From a bacterium (GTDB taxonomy: Bacteria; Krumholzibacteriota; Krumholzibacteriia; G020349025), in contig JANLSU010000001.1 of assembly GCA_031362565.1 (NCBI GenBank), positions 1 to 64,000 of the forward strand: DNA of 64,000 nucleotides, in the 5' to 3' direction. Shown in pieces: positions 36,030-45,842 of this stretch. Every line of letters begins with the position of its first letter. Position 1 is the first letter of the stretch. A model generated the notes under the pieces. That model saw nothing but the letters and a program-made list of their open reading frames with translations, searched no databases and was not told the origin of the DNA. The translations under genes were made by a program, and so were the position numbers.

Positions 36030-37292
36030 TCAGGCCAGATTGCGGAGCACGGTCACGACCGCCGTGCGGTCGTCGCCGCCGATGTTGGCGGTCACGCCGT
36101 AGGCCGGCCGGTTCTGAACCTGGTAGTCGCCGCACAGGCCTTGCTGCTGGCGGAAAATCTCCAGCACCTGCTTGACGCCAGTGGCCCCCACCGGATGCCC
36201 GAACCCCATCAGTCCGCCGCCTGTATTGACTGGAATACGCCCGGTGAGCGTCGTCGTGCCGTCGCGCGCCAGATCCACGCCGTGGCCTTTGGCGGCGAAT
36301 CCCAACGCTTCGTACAACAGCAGTTCGGTAATGCTGAAGCAGTCGTGCACTTCGGCGATGCCCATGTCCTTGGCACCGGCGCCGGCGTCGCGATACGCCT
36401 CCGCGATGGCCGCTTGTGCCGTTCGCATCACCAGCGGGTCGGGATTCCCGGCGAGCGGCGCGGTCGCGTGCCCGTAAGCGACGAGTTCCGATGCATCCGC
36501 CGGCCGCTTGCCGAGCTTCGCGAGCCCGGCCTCCGAAACGAGGAGCAGCGCCGACGCGCCGTCCGACACCTGCGAACAATCGCTGACTTTCATGAAGTCG
36601 TGGTAATCCTTGTTCTCCAAGAAGAGCGGATTGCGATCGGACGCCGTGGCGGCATTCTCGAGCGACATCTTGTACGTGCGCATGTGGGCGTGCGGGTTGC
36701 GATTCGCATTCTCGTACGCCTTGACGACGACGCGCGCCAGGTCTTGTTCACTGACGTTGTACGCCTCGCGATAGGCGCGGGCGCGCCTCGCGAACAGGCA
36801 CGGGAATGTGAAAGGGTCGATGGAACGCTGCGTCGCATAGTGGGCGGCACGGGCCAGATAGTCGGCGCCTTCGGCGGCATTGACGGTGGTCTGCACTTCG
36901 GCGCCAACGGCGAGCGTGACGTCGTAACCAGCCGAGATGGCGTCGACGCAACCCAGCACCGCGAGCCCGCCCGACGCGCAAGCGCCTTCGACGCGCGCGA
37001 ATGGCTTCAGATCGAGGTCGGGATGCGCCCCGGCGACGACCGCGCCCAGGTGTCCTTGCTTCGAAAACAGCTCGCCGGTGAAGTTGCCGATGTAGCCCTT
37101 TTGGATCGCGCTCGCCGGGACGCCGGTCGTTTCGATCGCGCTGATGATGGCGCGTTCGATGTGTTCTTCGAGGGTCGGGTTCTGGCGCTTCCCGAATTCA
37201 GGGTGTCCCTTCCAGATGAAGTCGGGATGGAACTTCCCGATGAAGCCGCTGTGGGCTCCACCCAAGACAAAGACCCGGCGGGCGGGTTTCAT
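36030..37292 (-). CDS. Thiolase, SCP2-thiolase type
   Basis: VEGACASGG, DCSQVSDG, EVHDCF, NTGGGL..GHPVGATG. Confidence 0.9.
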   Translation of the reverse strand: MKPARRVFVLGGAHSGFIGKFHPDFIWKGHPEFGKRQNPTLEEHIERAIISAIETTGVPASAIQKGYIGNFTGELFSKQGHLGAVVAGAHPDLDLKPFARVEGACASGGLAVLGCVDAISAGYDVTLAVGAEVQTTVNAAEGADYLARAAHYATQRSIDPFTFPCLFARRARAYREAYNVSEQDLARVVVKAYENANRNPHAHMRTYKMSLENAATASDRNPLFLENKDYHDFMKVSDCSQVSDGASALLLVSEAGLAKLGKRPADASELVAYGHATAPLAGNPDPLVMRTAQAAIAEAYRDAGAGAKDMGIAEVHDCFSITELLLYEALGFAAKGHGVDLARDGTTTLTGRIPVNTGGGLMGFGHPVGATGVKQVLEIFRQQQGLCGDYQVQNRPAYGVTANIGGDDRTAVVTVLRNLA

Positions 37293-37432
37293 GCGAGGAC
37301 CTCCTGTGGCGGTGCTGTCGTGCCGACCCGACATCCACAGTATCACGCGCTCGGGCCGCCCGGAAATCCGCCGCCGGCGCGCCCCGATGCCCCAAGGCCG
37401 CCAACGATGCGCTGGGCGGGAGAACCCGCCGG

Positions 37433-37461
37433 TTGACATCTAAACACCTGTCTAGTAATTT
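37433..37461 (+). promoter_or_regulatory. sigma70 promoter with a palindromic operator in the spacer (LexA-like)
   Basis: TTGACA-17-TAATTT; CTAAAC-ACCT-GTCTAG at 37440-37455. Confidence 0.7.
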
Positions 37462-37492
37462 CATCCCCGGGTTGCAAGGAAGGACGCAGCAG

Positions 37493-37741
37493 ATGAGTAC
37501 GGGTGGAGAGCGGATCGAGGTTCTGGCGCGCTTCGAGCGGAGCGGCATGACGCCATTCCGGTTTCGATGGAACTCGACGGCGTTTCGCGTCGACCGGGTC
37601 ACGGGCCGCTGGGAAGACCGGGAGGGGCAGTTCCGGCGCTGCCACTACGGTGTCGTGACCGACACCGGCGATTTCTTCGAGCTGCGTTTTCACCAGTCCG
37701 ACTTCAGTTGGGCGGTCACGCAAGTCGGCGTCGAAGGCTGA
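37493..37741 (+). CDS. Small DUF6504-like protein
   Basis: PFRFRW..FRVDRVTGRW..YGVVT..FELRF..W; AAGGA SD; upstream of dinB. Confidence 0.7.
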   Translation: MSTGGERIEVLARFERSGMTPFRFRWNSTAFRVDRVTGRWEDREGQFRRCHYGVVTDTGDFFELRFHQSDFSWAVTQVGVEG

Positions 37742-37827
37742 CGCCCGAAAATGCGCGCGTGCGGGCGCGGTGCGCGACCAGGCCTTGCGCACCCGTCCGC
37801 GCCGCGCCAGGGCGCGGGGTGCTGGCC

Positions 37828-39036
37828 ATGCGCTGGTTCGTGCACGTCGACATGGACGCCTACTTCGCGTCCGTCGAGCAATTGGTCAATCCGGCACTGC
37901 GCGGCAAGCCGGTCGTCGTGGGTGGCAGGCCCGGGTCGCGTGGCGTCGTCTCAACGGCATCCTACGAGGCGCGGCGGTTCGGGGTGCGATCGGGCATGCC
38001 GATCGCAGAAGCCGTGCGGCGTTGCCCGCACGCCGTGTTCCTGCCCGGGCGGTTTGCGCTCTACGTCGACATGTCGAAGCGCATCTTCGAAGTGCTGCGG
38101 CGGTTCTCGCCGCGGGTCGAGCCGGCCAGCATCGATGAAGCGTACGTCGAATTGGAGACCGCTGCACCGGGCGATGCCGTACGGGATATGCAGAAGGCGA
38201 TTCGCGACGAGCTTCAACTGACCGCGAGCTTCGGGGTCAGCGACACGAAGTATCTCGCGAAGATTGCCTCGGGCTTCGAGAAACCGAACGGGTTCACGGT
38301 GATGACGCGCGCCGATATACCGGCACGGCTCTGGTCGCTGCCGGTGGGCGCGTTGCATGGTGTCGGTGCGAAGACGGGGGCGCGTCTCTACGCGCGCGGC
38401 TATACGACGATCGGCGATTTGGCGCGGGCCCCGGACGGCTTGCTCGAGCGTCAACTGGGATCGCTCGGTGCGGTGCTACGCCGGCACGCCAATGGCGAGG
38501 GCGGTGGGCGTGTTGTGCCGCCCGAGGAAGCGCCCGACGCCAAGTCGCTCGGTTGCGAGCAAACGCTCGAGCGCGATCTTTTCGACCGCTCGCGGTTAGA
38601 GGCGCTTCTCACCGCGCTGGCGGAGAAAGTCGGACGCCGGGCGCGCCGCCATGGACTCGCCGGGCGGCGCATCGTGCTCAAACTGCGGGATCGGCGCTTT
38701 CACACCATCACGCACGGTCGAACCGGACCGCATCCGGTCGACGCCGACGGCGAGATCGGGCGCGTGGCGCGCGACTTGTTCGCGGAGACGCGGTTTTGGG
38801 AGCGCGGTGTGCGGCTCGTGGGTGTGACTTTGGAACAACTCGTGCCGAACGGCGACGGCCGGCAACTGGCCTTCGACTTCGAGACGGCACGAGCGCTTCC
38901 GGCCCTTGACCGGATCCGCACCAAATACGGCGAGCATGCGATTGCCGCGGCCCGGACCCTGGAAGCCGGCGCCGAAGCGCGGCGCAAACCACGCATCTCG
39001 TTTTCGATTCCGGATGAACTCGCAGCATTCCAGTGA
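37828..39036 (+). CDS. dinB: DNA polymerase IV (Y family)
   Basis: HVDMDAYFASVE, ASYEARRFGVRSGM, SIDEAY, AKIAS..KPNG, VRLVGV, QLAF clamp-binding-like motif. Confidence 0.95.
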   Translation: MRWFVHVDMDAYFASVEQLVNPALRGKPVVVGGRPGSRGVVSTASYEARRFGVRSGMPIAEAVRRCPHAVFLPGRFALYVDMSKRIFEVLRRFSPRVEPASIDEAYVELETAAPGDAVRDMQKAIRDELQLTASFGVSDTKYLAKIASGFEKPNGFTVMTRADIPARLWSLPVGALHGVGAKTGARLYARGYTTIGDLARAPDGLLERQLGSLGAVLRRHANGEGGGRVVPPEEAPDAKSLGCEQTLERDLFDRSRLEALLTALAEKVGRRARRHGLAGRRIVLKLRDRRFHTITHGRTGPHPVDADGEIGRVARDLFAETRFWERGVRLVGVTLEQLVPNGDGRQLAFDFETARALPALDRIRTKYGEHAIAAARTLEAGAEARRKPRISFSIPDELAAFQ

Positions 39037-39120
39037 CGCATTGGAACGCGAACGAGACCACCGCGCCCGCCGCTGTGTGGGCGCCTTGTTCCTGATCGTT
39101 CCTCGTTGTTTCGAGCCCGC

Positions 39121-39157
39121 GTTGCAAGTTGCAACCGCTCGGCAAGGGGTCTATCAT
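39121..39157 (+). promoter_or_regulatory. sigma70 promoter with a 7-1-7 palindrome over the -35
   Basis: GTTGCAA-G-TTGCAAC; TTGCAA-17-TATCAT. Confidence 0.55.
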
Positions 39158-39198
39158 GAAGGTGCATCGCTTCCGCCCCAAGGACAATAACCCAATAG

Positions 39199-41181
39199 GT
39201 GCACGTGAGAACGTGGATTCGATCGTTTCAGCGCGACCGTTTCTTGCCGCGTCCGGGCGCGTTTGCACCGCGCGGCGCGATTCTCGCCGCCGTTCTGTTC
39301 TCCCTCGTCTTCGGTCGACCCGCCTTCGCGGTGATCGAGGGATATCCGACCGATAACAGCCTGGCGCCAGGTGACACGCTCCAGTTGCACGTCCGCTGTA
39401 CGACCGGCTATCGCGTCTCGATCTGGCGCATGCGGCTGGAGCCGGAGCACCTTTTGGACGCGGGGACCTATCCAGCGCACAACTTCGTCGTTCCGCCACA
39501 GTCCTGGGCGACCGGCTGCGACTGGCCGGTCACGTGTCGTATTCCGGTGCGCCCCGAATGGCGCCCTGGCCTGTACTTCGCACGCATCGAGAGCGGAGCG
39601 GCGAAGTCATGGTTGCCGTTTGTCGTGCGTGGGCGCGTCCCGGGGCGCACGAGCCGAATCGCGGTGCAGTTGTCCAGCAATACGTGGCAGGCGTACAACC
39701 GCTACGGTGGCATGAGTCTTTATGGTGCCTGGGTACCGGGGCTGACCGGGCGCGCCTATCGGGCGTCGTTTCACCGCCCGTACTTGCTGACTCCGGCCGA
39801 CGGCGACGGCCCATGTTTTCTCTGGGAAGCGCCCTTCATCGCTTTTCTCGAGCGCGAAGGCATTGCCTACGAAGTCCTGACCAACTATGACTTGCATCGT
39901 TTCCCAGGCATCCTCGACTCCTATCGCATGTTCTGTAGCGTCGGGCACGACGAGTACTGGAGCAAGGAGATGTACGACGAGTTGCAGAGGTTCGTTGACA
40001 ACGGCGGCAATACGGCGTTTTTCTCCGGGAATTCGATTTGGTGGCAGGTCCGATACGAAGACCAGGGCCGCACGATGGTATGTTACAAAGATGCCGCACT
40101 CGATCCGATGAACGGCGTCGACAATAGCCGGGTCACGGTCAATTGGCAGTCGGCGCCGATCAATCGGCCGCCCGCGAGACTGATAGGGACGCACTACAAC
40201 GGCAGCTGGGGCGTGATGCCCGGGGCCTTCCAGGTGGTCAACCCGCGGCATTGGGCCTACCGTGGCGTCGCAGTGGATTCGGCGCAGGTTTTCGGATATC
40301 CGATGGTGGCGTTTGAAGTCGATGCGCGGAACCGCTTCAGCCCGCCCGTGGATGTCATTGCCACGACGATGTTGACCGACGTAAACAACAACAACGCGCA
40401 GCGTGCAGCAGACATGACGTACTACGAACGTACCGCGCAGTACGGATTCCCGAATGGCAAAGGCGGTAAGGTCTTCGCTGGCAGCAGCGTCAACTACACG
40501 CAGGGGCTCGATGCGGGCTACAACCCGACGACGAAAACTGTCGGCCACATCGATCCAATCGCGCGCCAAATCACTCTCAATGTGATGGATCGTCTGGGAT
40601 GCGAAGTCGCCGCGCCGCACCTGGCGGTGCCGGCGGATGGTTCTCAGGTACACACGCCGAAAACGCTGCTGCAATGGTATCCGGCCACCGCGCAGCGCGC
40701 CGGCGTTCCATTGAAATACACGCTGTATTGGCAAGCGCAGGGCGCGTCGGCCGACAGCTTGGAGACCAGCGGCATCTCATCGTGGGTGTCGATTGAGCCG
40801 GACCAAGCATACCGCTGGTGGGTTCGCGCGCAGGCCGAGTGCGGCGCGACGCAGGCGTCGTCGACCGCAACGTTCGTCGTGCTGCGGCCGACAGATTCCG
40901 GCCCGCCCGATAACGCACCCCCAGTGGTGGCCCAACGCGTCGGCGACCAGCTCGAGATCCACGTCTCGCTGCCCAGCTCATCGACCGTCGGGCTCGATAT
41001 CTATTCCATCGGCGGCCGGCGCGTGCGCTCGCTCGGCAGCCGGTTGTTTCCGGCCGGCGCAACCCATGTCGACTGGGACCTGCGCGATGCGCGAGGTGCG
41101 CTCGCGCCCTCAGGTGTGTACTTCGTACGCGCCCGGATCGGTCAGCAGGTCTTGAAGATCAAGGTGATGATCGTTCACTGA
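39199..41181 (+). CDS. Secreted N,N-dimethylformamidase beta-subunit-like protein with FN3-like and FlgD-Ig C-terminal domains
   Basis: TWQAYN, SLYG, SFHRPY, GHDEYWS, FFSGN; tail DIYSIGGRRVRSL..WDLRDARG..SGVYFVR. Confidence 0.85.
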   Translation: MHVRTWIRSFQRDRFLPRPGAFAPRGAILAAVLFSLVFGRPAFAVIEGYPTDNSLAPGDTLQLHVRCTTGYRVSIWRMRLEPEHLLDAGTYPAHNFVVPPQSWATGCDWPVTCRIPVRPEWRPGLYFARIESGAAKSWLPFVVRGRVPGRTSRIAVQLSSNTWQAYNRYGGMSLYGAWVPGLTGRAYRASFHRPYLLTPADGDGPCFLWEAPFIAFLEREGIAYEVLTNYDLHRFPGILDSYRMFCSVGHDEYWSKEMYDELQRFVDNGGNTAFFSGNSIWWQVRYEDQGRTMVCYKDAALDPMNGVDNSRVTVNWQSAPINRPPARLIGTHYNGSWGVMPGAFQVVNPRHWAYRGVAVDSAQVFGYPMVAFEVDARNRFSPPVDVIATTMLTDVNNNNAQRAADMTYYERTAQYGFPNGKGGKVFAGSSVNYTQGLDAGYNPTTKTVGHIDPIARQITLNVMDRLGCEVAAPHLAVPADGSQVHTPKTLLQWYPATAQRAGVPLKYTLYWQAQGASADSLETSGISSWVSIEPDQAYRWWVRAQAECGATQASSTATFVVLRPTDSGPPDNAPPVVAQRVGDQLEIHVSLPSSSTVGLDIYSIGGRRVRSLGSRLFPAGATHVDWDLRDARGALAPSGVYFVRARIGQQVLKIKVMIVH

Positions 41182-41882
41182 TGCGCGGTGGCGTGCGGCG
41201 CTGTCTCCGGCGCACGCCGGTCGACGCGCTTGGAGCTTCCCGGTGCCGGCTCCGGACATCTTGCCACGGCGACGCTGCCGCGAAAACGCTCGCGTGTGGC
41301 CTGACCTTCCTGTGAGATTCCTTCGCGCCGCAGCACCTGCACCACGGTCATCGCGATGATCCTCACGTCGAGCCACAGACTCCGGTGATCCACATACCAG
41401 GTGTCGGAGGCAAACTGGCGCTCCCAGCTCACAGAATTGCGTCCGTTGACTGCACTCCAACCCGTGAGCCCGGGCCGGACCAAGTGCCGGCGTGCTTGCT
41501 CGGGCGTATAGAGGGGCAGGTATTCGGGGAGCAAGGGCCGCGGCCCGACGATGCTCATGCTGCCGCCGAGCACGTTCAACAACTGTGGAAGCTCGTCCAG
41601 GCTGGTGCTGCGGATGAACCGACCGACGCGCGTGAGGCGCTCCGCATCGGGGAGGAGCGTGCCGGCCGCGTCTTTGGCATCCGTCATTGTACGGAACTTG
41701 TACACGGTGAACGGACGATTGCCGCGCCCGATGCGCGTTTGACAAAACAGCACCGGCCGTCCCATCGAAAAACGGATCGCGAGCGCTGTCCCCAGGAAGA
41801 GGGGCGCGCCAACGAGGAGACCGGTCGCTGAAGCGACGCCGTCGAACGCCCGTTTTATGAAGTGCCCCGTCTTTCGCAACAA
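41175..41882 (-). CDS. Priming phosphoglycosyltransferase (Bac_transf/PglC-like)
   Basis: KRAFD, KFRTM, SLDELPQLLNV, VGPRP, RPGLTG. Confidence 0.95.
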   Translation of the reverse strand: MLRKTGHFIKRAFDGVASATGLLVGAPLFLGTALAIRFSMGRPVLFCQTRIGRGNRPFTVYKFRTMTDAKDAAGTLLPDAERLTRVGRFIRSTSLDELPQLLNVLGGSMSIVGPRPLLPEYLPLYTPEQARRHLVRPGLTGWSAVNGRNSVSWERQFASDTWYVDHRSLWLDVRIIAMTVVQVLRREGISQEGQATRERFRGSVAVARCPEPAPGSSKRVDRRAPETAPHATAHQ

Positions 41883-41940
41883 TGGCCACCAACCTCCTGC
41901 ACCGCCGTAAGGGACGCCGCACGGCGTGCCGTTTGCAACG

Positions 41941-43350
41941 CTACGCCGCGCCGATCAACGTTCCAGTGGCGATGCTGCCCGCTTGATTCTCGCGCGCGAC
42001 ATGGGTTCCAACCCGCGTGGCAATCTCCAGCAGTACCAAAAAAAGCCACAAATTGCGGTTGTCGATCACGTCGCCGCTCACCTGCACACTCATGAACCAG
42101 AACAGTACACACGCCACCAGTCCCGATGCATAAATGTGCTGGCGGCGGGGGAGCGGGATGCGAGTCAGTGAATAGGCCCGCCAAGCAAGCCACCCGAAAT
42201 AGGCCGCCATCAGGAATGCCATCCCTAAACCGTACTCGCACACCACTTCGACAAAGATGTTGTGCGGGTAGATTCGTTCTTCGAAGAGTCGGCGTTGCAC
42301 CCCCCAGCCGCCGGTGCCGACACCGAGCAGCGGCGAATGCGCCACGAGACCGCTGGAGTACTGAAAGAAGTCGACGCGGGATCCATAGCTGCCCTTCGAG
42401 ATGTTGGCACGCGGGTCCAGGAAGATCCGCGACGCGGTCACTAGAGTTGCCGCGTCCTGAAGGGTGCGGCTTCGCATCGTCGCACCCGCCAAGACGATCC
42501 CGATGACTCCGGCCCAAAGGAGTGTTCGCCGTAAGAAGCGGTTCAAGAGTGCAAACGTCAAGAAACTGACGAGCAGCGCAATGAGCGGCCCCTTCGAGCC
42601 GGCAAAGTACATGCTGACCAGAAACCCGGGCGTGAAACAGAACACTCCCAAGCGTGCGAGCCGCCGGTGCCCGTCATGCCGCAGTACGGTCGCGAACGTG
42701 AGGAGCAGGAGTTCGCCCGTTCCCATGAGGCGCGCATACACGATCGAGCCGCCGCCGAACACCGCCAGACGGGCGCCGTCGTGGAGCTGGGTGATGCCGC
42801 GCAGGCCCATGACCATCATGATGACAGTTGTTGCAAGCAACATCAGCATCACTTTTTGCAGACCCTCGAAGTTGCGCACGCGGATCCCTAGATAGAGGAC
42901 GCCCGGCAAGACCAAGAGCAAGTACCCGGTGACCTTCGTCGCGCCGTACTCGGGGTTGCCCGTGTAGAGCAGTCCGACGGTCATGATGATCGTGAAGGTG
43001 ACGAGGAATGCGACTGTCGCCTTCGGAAAGGTCCTGGCGTCGGCCCGCGTGGCGATGGCAAGCGCCAGGCAGGGGATGCAGAGCAACTGCAAGATCTGGT
43101 TGCCGCTCACGCCCCAGCCGAGAGCCAGGCGCTCCTCGAAGCCGACCTTGCCGGTGATGTAGTAAAGAATGAGATTGAGTTCCGGGTAGCGCACCATCGC
43201 CAAGAGGTACGCCACACCAAGCAGCACGCACGCGGGCCACATCGGCGACACGCAGGCGAGGGCCGCCACCGCAACGACCGAAGCGCCGGCAAGAAGCCAC
43301 AGCGACGCTTGCCGTGGATCGCGCAGCATCACCCGCACGGCAGTACTCAC
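41941..43350 (-). CDS. O-antigen polymerase/ligase (Wzy_C family)
   Basis: About 12 TM; GSKGP, LGVGTGGW..YPHNIFVEV..EYG. Confidence 0.85.
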   Translation of the reverse strand: MSTAVRVMLRDPRQASLWLLAGASVVAVAALACVSPMWPACVLLGVAYLLAMVRYPELNLILYYITGKVGFEERLALGWGVSGNQILQLLCIPCLALAIATRADARTFPKATVAFLVTFTIIMTVGLLYTGNPEYGATKVTGYLLLVLPGVLYLGIRVRNFEGLQKVMLMLLATTVIMMVMGLRGITQLHDGARLAVFGGGSIVYARLMGTGELLLLTFATVLRHDGHRRLARLGVFCFTPGFLVSMYFAGSKGPLIALLVSFLTFALLNRFLRRTLLWAGVIGIVLAGATMRSRTLQDAATLVTASRIFLDPRANISKGSYGSRVDFFQYSSGLVAHSPLLGVGTGGWGVQRRLFEERIYPHNIFVEVVCEYGLGMAFLMAAYFGWLAWRAYSLTRIPLPRRQHIYASGLVACVLFWFMSVQVSGDVIDNRNLWLFLVLLEIATRVGTHVARENQAGSIATGTLIGAA

Positions 43351-44663
43351 GGTCCCACTCCTTGCCGTGCGAGCCGCAGGCGGCCCGTAATCATCTCCCA
43401 ATCGGCGCGATGCACGAGTAGGTAGCGGGACAGTTGCTGCCCATGCGCACGAGCATGCCGCACCAGGAGAAAGATCGCCTGGCTCGCGTAGGCCAGCGTC
43501 GAGATTGCCGCGGCTCCGAGCACACCCCAGCTGGGGATCGCCACCAGGTCGAGCCCGACCATGATCACGAAGCACAGGATGGCGGACCGCAGGACGTCGC
43601 CAAGCTGCTGTTTGCCGAGCATGTCGCCGACGAGAATCAGTGTCAGGCTCTGGGCCATGATGCCTGGGAGAAGCAGCGTGACGACGTTGGAGCACGTCGC
43701 GTAGTTCTCGCCGAAGATGCGCAAGATCGCTGGGTCCTTGACCAGCAGGATGCAGAATGAGGCGAATGTGATCGCCGCGAGCAGAGCCCGTGATGCCGCA
43801 GGCGTCAGACTGATCGAGCGGCGAACATCGGCCGAGATGCGCGAAAACAGCACCAAGTTGACGCTACGGGCGGAGTACAGGAGCACTTCAGCCAGGTTCA
43901 TGCCGAGCGAGTACATCCCGACATCAGCCGGACTCCGGAAATACTTCACCATATAAAGGTCGAACCGGAAATTCAGTAAATTGACGATGCCGACGCCGAA
44001 CACCTTGCCGCCGTATGCCAAAACCTGGCGCGCTAGGCCGTGGTCGAACCGCCAGCTGGCGTTTGGGGCGCGGCCGAAACGGCGCCACAACACGAAACAG
44101 TGAAATCCGGCCGTGCAGATGGTCGCGACGTAGAACGCCAACAAACCGGTGCGGGCCGTCATCATGTGCGTCACCACGAGTCCGACAGACAGCCCAAGGT
44201 AGACCGTCCACTTGAGCGTCTCGCTCTTGGCGTAGTAACGAAACCACCCGCAGCCCGCCACGAGCCCGGCAAGCTGATTGTTGAGGATCGCAAACGGTAC
44301 GAAGAGCAGCGACTCGAAGATGAGCCGGGTCGATGCCGGGTCGAAGAGCCATCCACGACAGAGCGACACGGCGCCGAGGAACAAGAGAATGGCCACGATC
44401 CCGAGCCCGCCGCTGAGCCAAAAAGCGTTGCGTAGCAACTGCGGAATACGCGCCGGGTCTTGGCCCGAGGACCAGGTCGACGCCTGCTCGAGGCCGACGG
44501 TGCCGACCAACACTGCAATGACGTAGGTGTTCAGAACCAGGGCGTAGACACCGTAATGTTCCGGGCCCAAAGCTCGCGATAACGCCACGACGCAAGCTCC
44601 GCGTGCCAGTGCCATCCACACGCGCGCAGCGAATGAATAGGCAGCGTCGCGAATGAAGCTCAC
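43347..44663 (-). CDS. Oligosaccharide flippase (Wzx)
   Basis: SRALGPEHYGVYAL, NFRFDLYMV..DVGMYS, WGVLGAA. Confidence 0.88.
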   Translation of the reverse strand: MSFIRDAAYSFAARVWMALARGACVVALSRALGPEHYGVYALVLNTYVIAVLVGTVGLEQASTWSSGQDPARIPQLLRNAFWLSGGLGIVAILLFLGAVSLCRGWLFDPASTRLIFESLLFVPFAILNNQLAGLVAGCGWFRYYAKSETLKWTVYLGLSVGLVVTHMMTARTGLLAFYVATICTAGFHCFVLWRRFGRAPNASWRFDHGLARQVLAYGGKVFGVGIVNLLNFRFDLYMVKYFRSPADVGMYSLGMNLAEVLLYSARSVNLVLFSRISADVRRSISLTPAASRALLAAITFASFCILLVKDPAILRIFGENYATCSNVVTLLLPGIMAQSLTLILVGDMLGKQQLGDVLRSAILCFVIMVGLDLVAIPSWGVLGAAAISTLAYASQAIFLLVRHARAHGQQLSRYLLVHRADWEMITGRLRLARQGVGP

Positions 44664-45841
44664 GAGTGCACCTGTGCGTCCCAAGCCGGACGGGTGCGGT
44701 CTTGGGTCTTCGTCCGTCCGACCTGCCGGCGCGTCGCCGACCACCAATCGAGGCCCACCATCAGCAGCGATGCCGCAATGAAGCCGAGAAAGGCGCTCAG
44801 AGCGACGTTCTTCAGGAGGATTGGGCTGCTGGGAGTCAACGGCCTGTCCGCCGGATCAATCACCTGAATACCTGACGTTTGGCGATTCTCCTCGATCTTC
44901 GCCAGCTCGTACTGGCGGACGAGTGTCAGGTAGATCTCTTCCTGTACGCGTACATCGCGTTCCAAACGCAATGACTGTAGCTGCAGGTCCGGGTCGGTGC
45001 CCATGTGGGGGTTGTCCGCTTGGAAATTCTTGAATGCGTCTTCGGTGACCCGCAGCGTTGCTTCTGTCTGGGCCAGCCTTTTTTCGATGAAGTCCTTGTT
45101 GCCACGCGCTGTCGCTGCTTGGAGTTCGTCTTCGATGCGAACCATCTCTTCGACGTAGGCGGTGGCCATCTGCTGGGCAAGCGCAGGGTCGTGGGCGCTC
45201 ACGACGAGTTCCAGGATGCCGGTTTCCTTGTTGGAGCCGACGCGTACCTTGCGATCGAGACGGGCGAGGGCCTTGGCGCGACGGGCATCGGAATTGGAAC
45301 CGGACAGGTGCATGAGCTCCTGTAGCGTCGCTTGCTGGCCGGAGGACGACTTGAACGTACGGTCCAAGATGCGCTCACGGATCTGCCGGCTCTTGAGCAT
45401 GTCCGGGTACGCCATCGCAACGCTGGGGGCACCGAGGTTGATCCCGAAGCTGGAAGCCAGCCCCGCCGCTTGCCCCAATCCCATCGACCCCAGTTCGCTG
45501 TCGCCGCCCGAAGGCAGCAACAGGACTCTCGAATCGTAGACCTCTGGCAGCATGAACGTGAGAGCCACTCCCGCGACCACCGCGACGAGTGTAAGGAGTC
45601 CGATCGCGCGCCGACGCCGCAGCAAGAGGCGTAGCGTCACTTTGGCTTCCAATCCGAGGTTGAAATCCCCGGTCTCGAGCGCCGGTGGCGCCGTGGGGGC
45701 GATCACCGCGCCGCGCGGCGTGGAGTAGTCGGGCGCCGCTGCGCTCTTGGTGGGCGCTGTCGCCGCCGTATTGTCCGCGGCCGGTTCGAAGTCACCGGCG
45801 CGTGTCCTCGCGGGCGCGGGCGTGATTTCTTGGGTCGGCAT
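44660..45841 (-). CDS. Polysaccharide co-polymerase (Wzz/GNVR type, no kinase domain)
   Basis: Two TMs flanking a coiled-coil region; QYELAKIEE..VIDPA..P..SP. Confidence 0.85.
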   Translation of the reverse strand: MPTQEITPAPARTRAGDFEPAADNTAATAPTKSAAAPDYSTPRGAVIAPTAPPALETGDFNLGLEAKVTLRLLLRRRRAIGLLTLVAVVAGVALTFMLPEVYDSRVLLLPSGGDSELGSMGLGQAAGLASSFGINLGAPSVAMAYPDMLKSRQIRERILDRTFKSSSGQQATLQELMHLSGSNSDARRAKALARLDRKVRVGSNKETGILELVVSAHDPALAQQMATAYVEEMVRIEDELQAATARGNKDFIEKRLAQTEATLRVTEDAFKNFQADNPHMGTDPDLQLQSLRLERDVRVQEEIYLTLVRQYELAKIEENRQTSGIQVIDPADRPLTPSSPILLKNVALSAFLGFIAASLLMVGLDWWSATRRQVGRTKTQDRTRPAWDAQVHS

Positions 45842-45842
45842 G

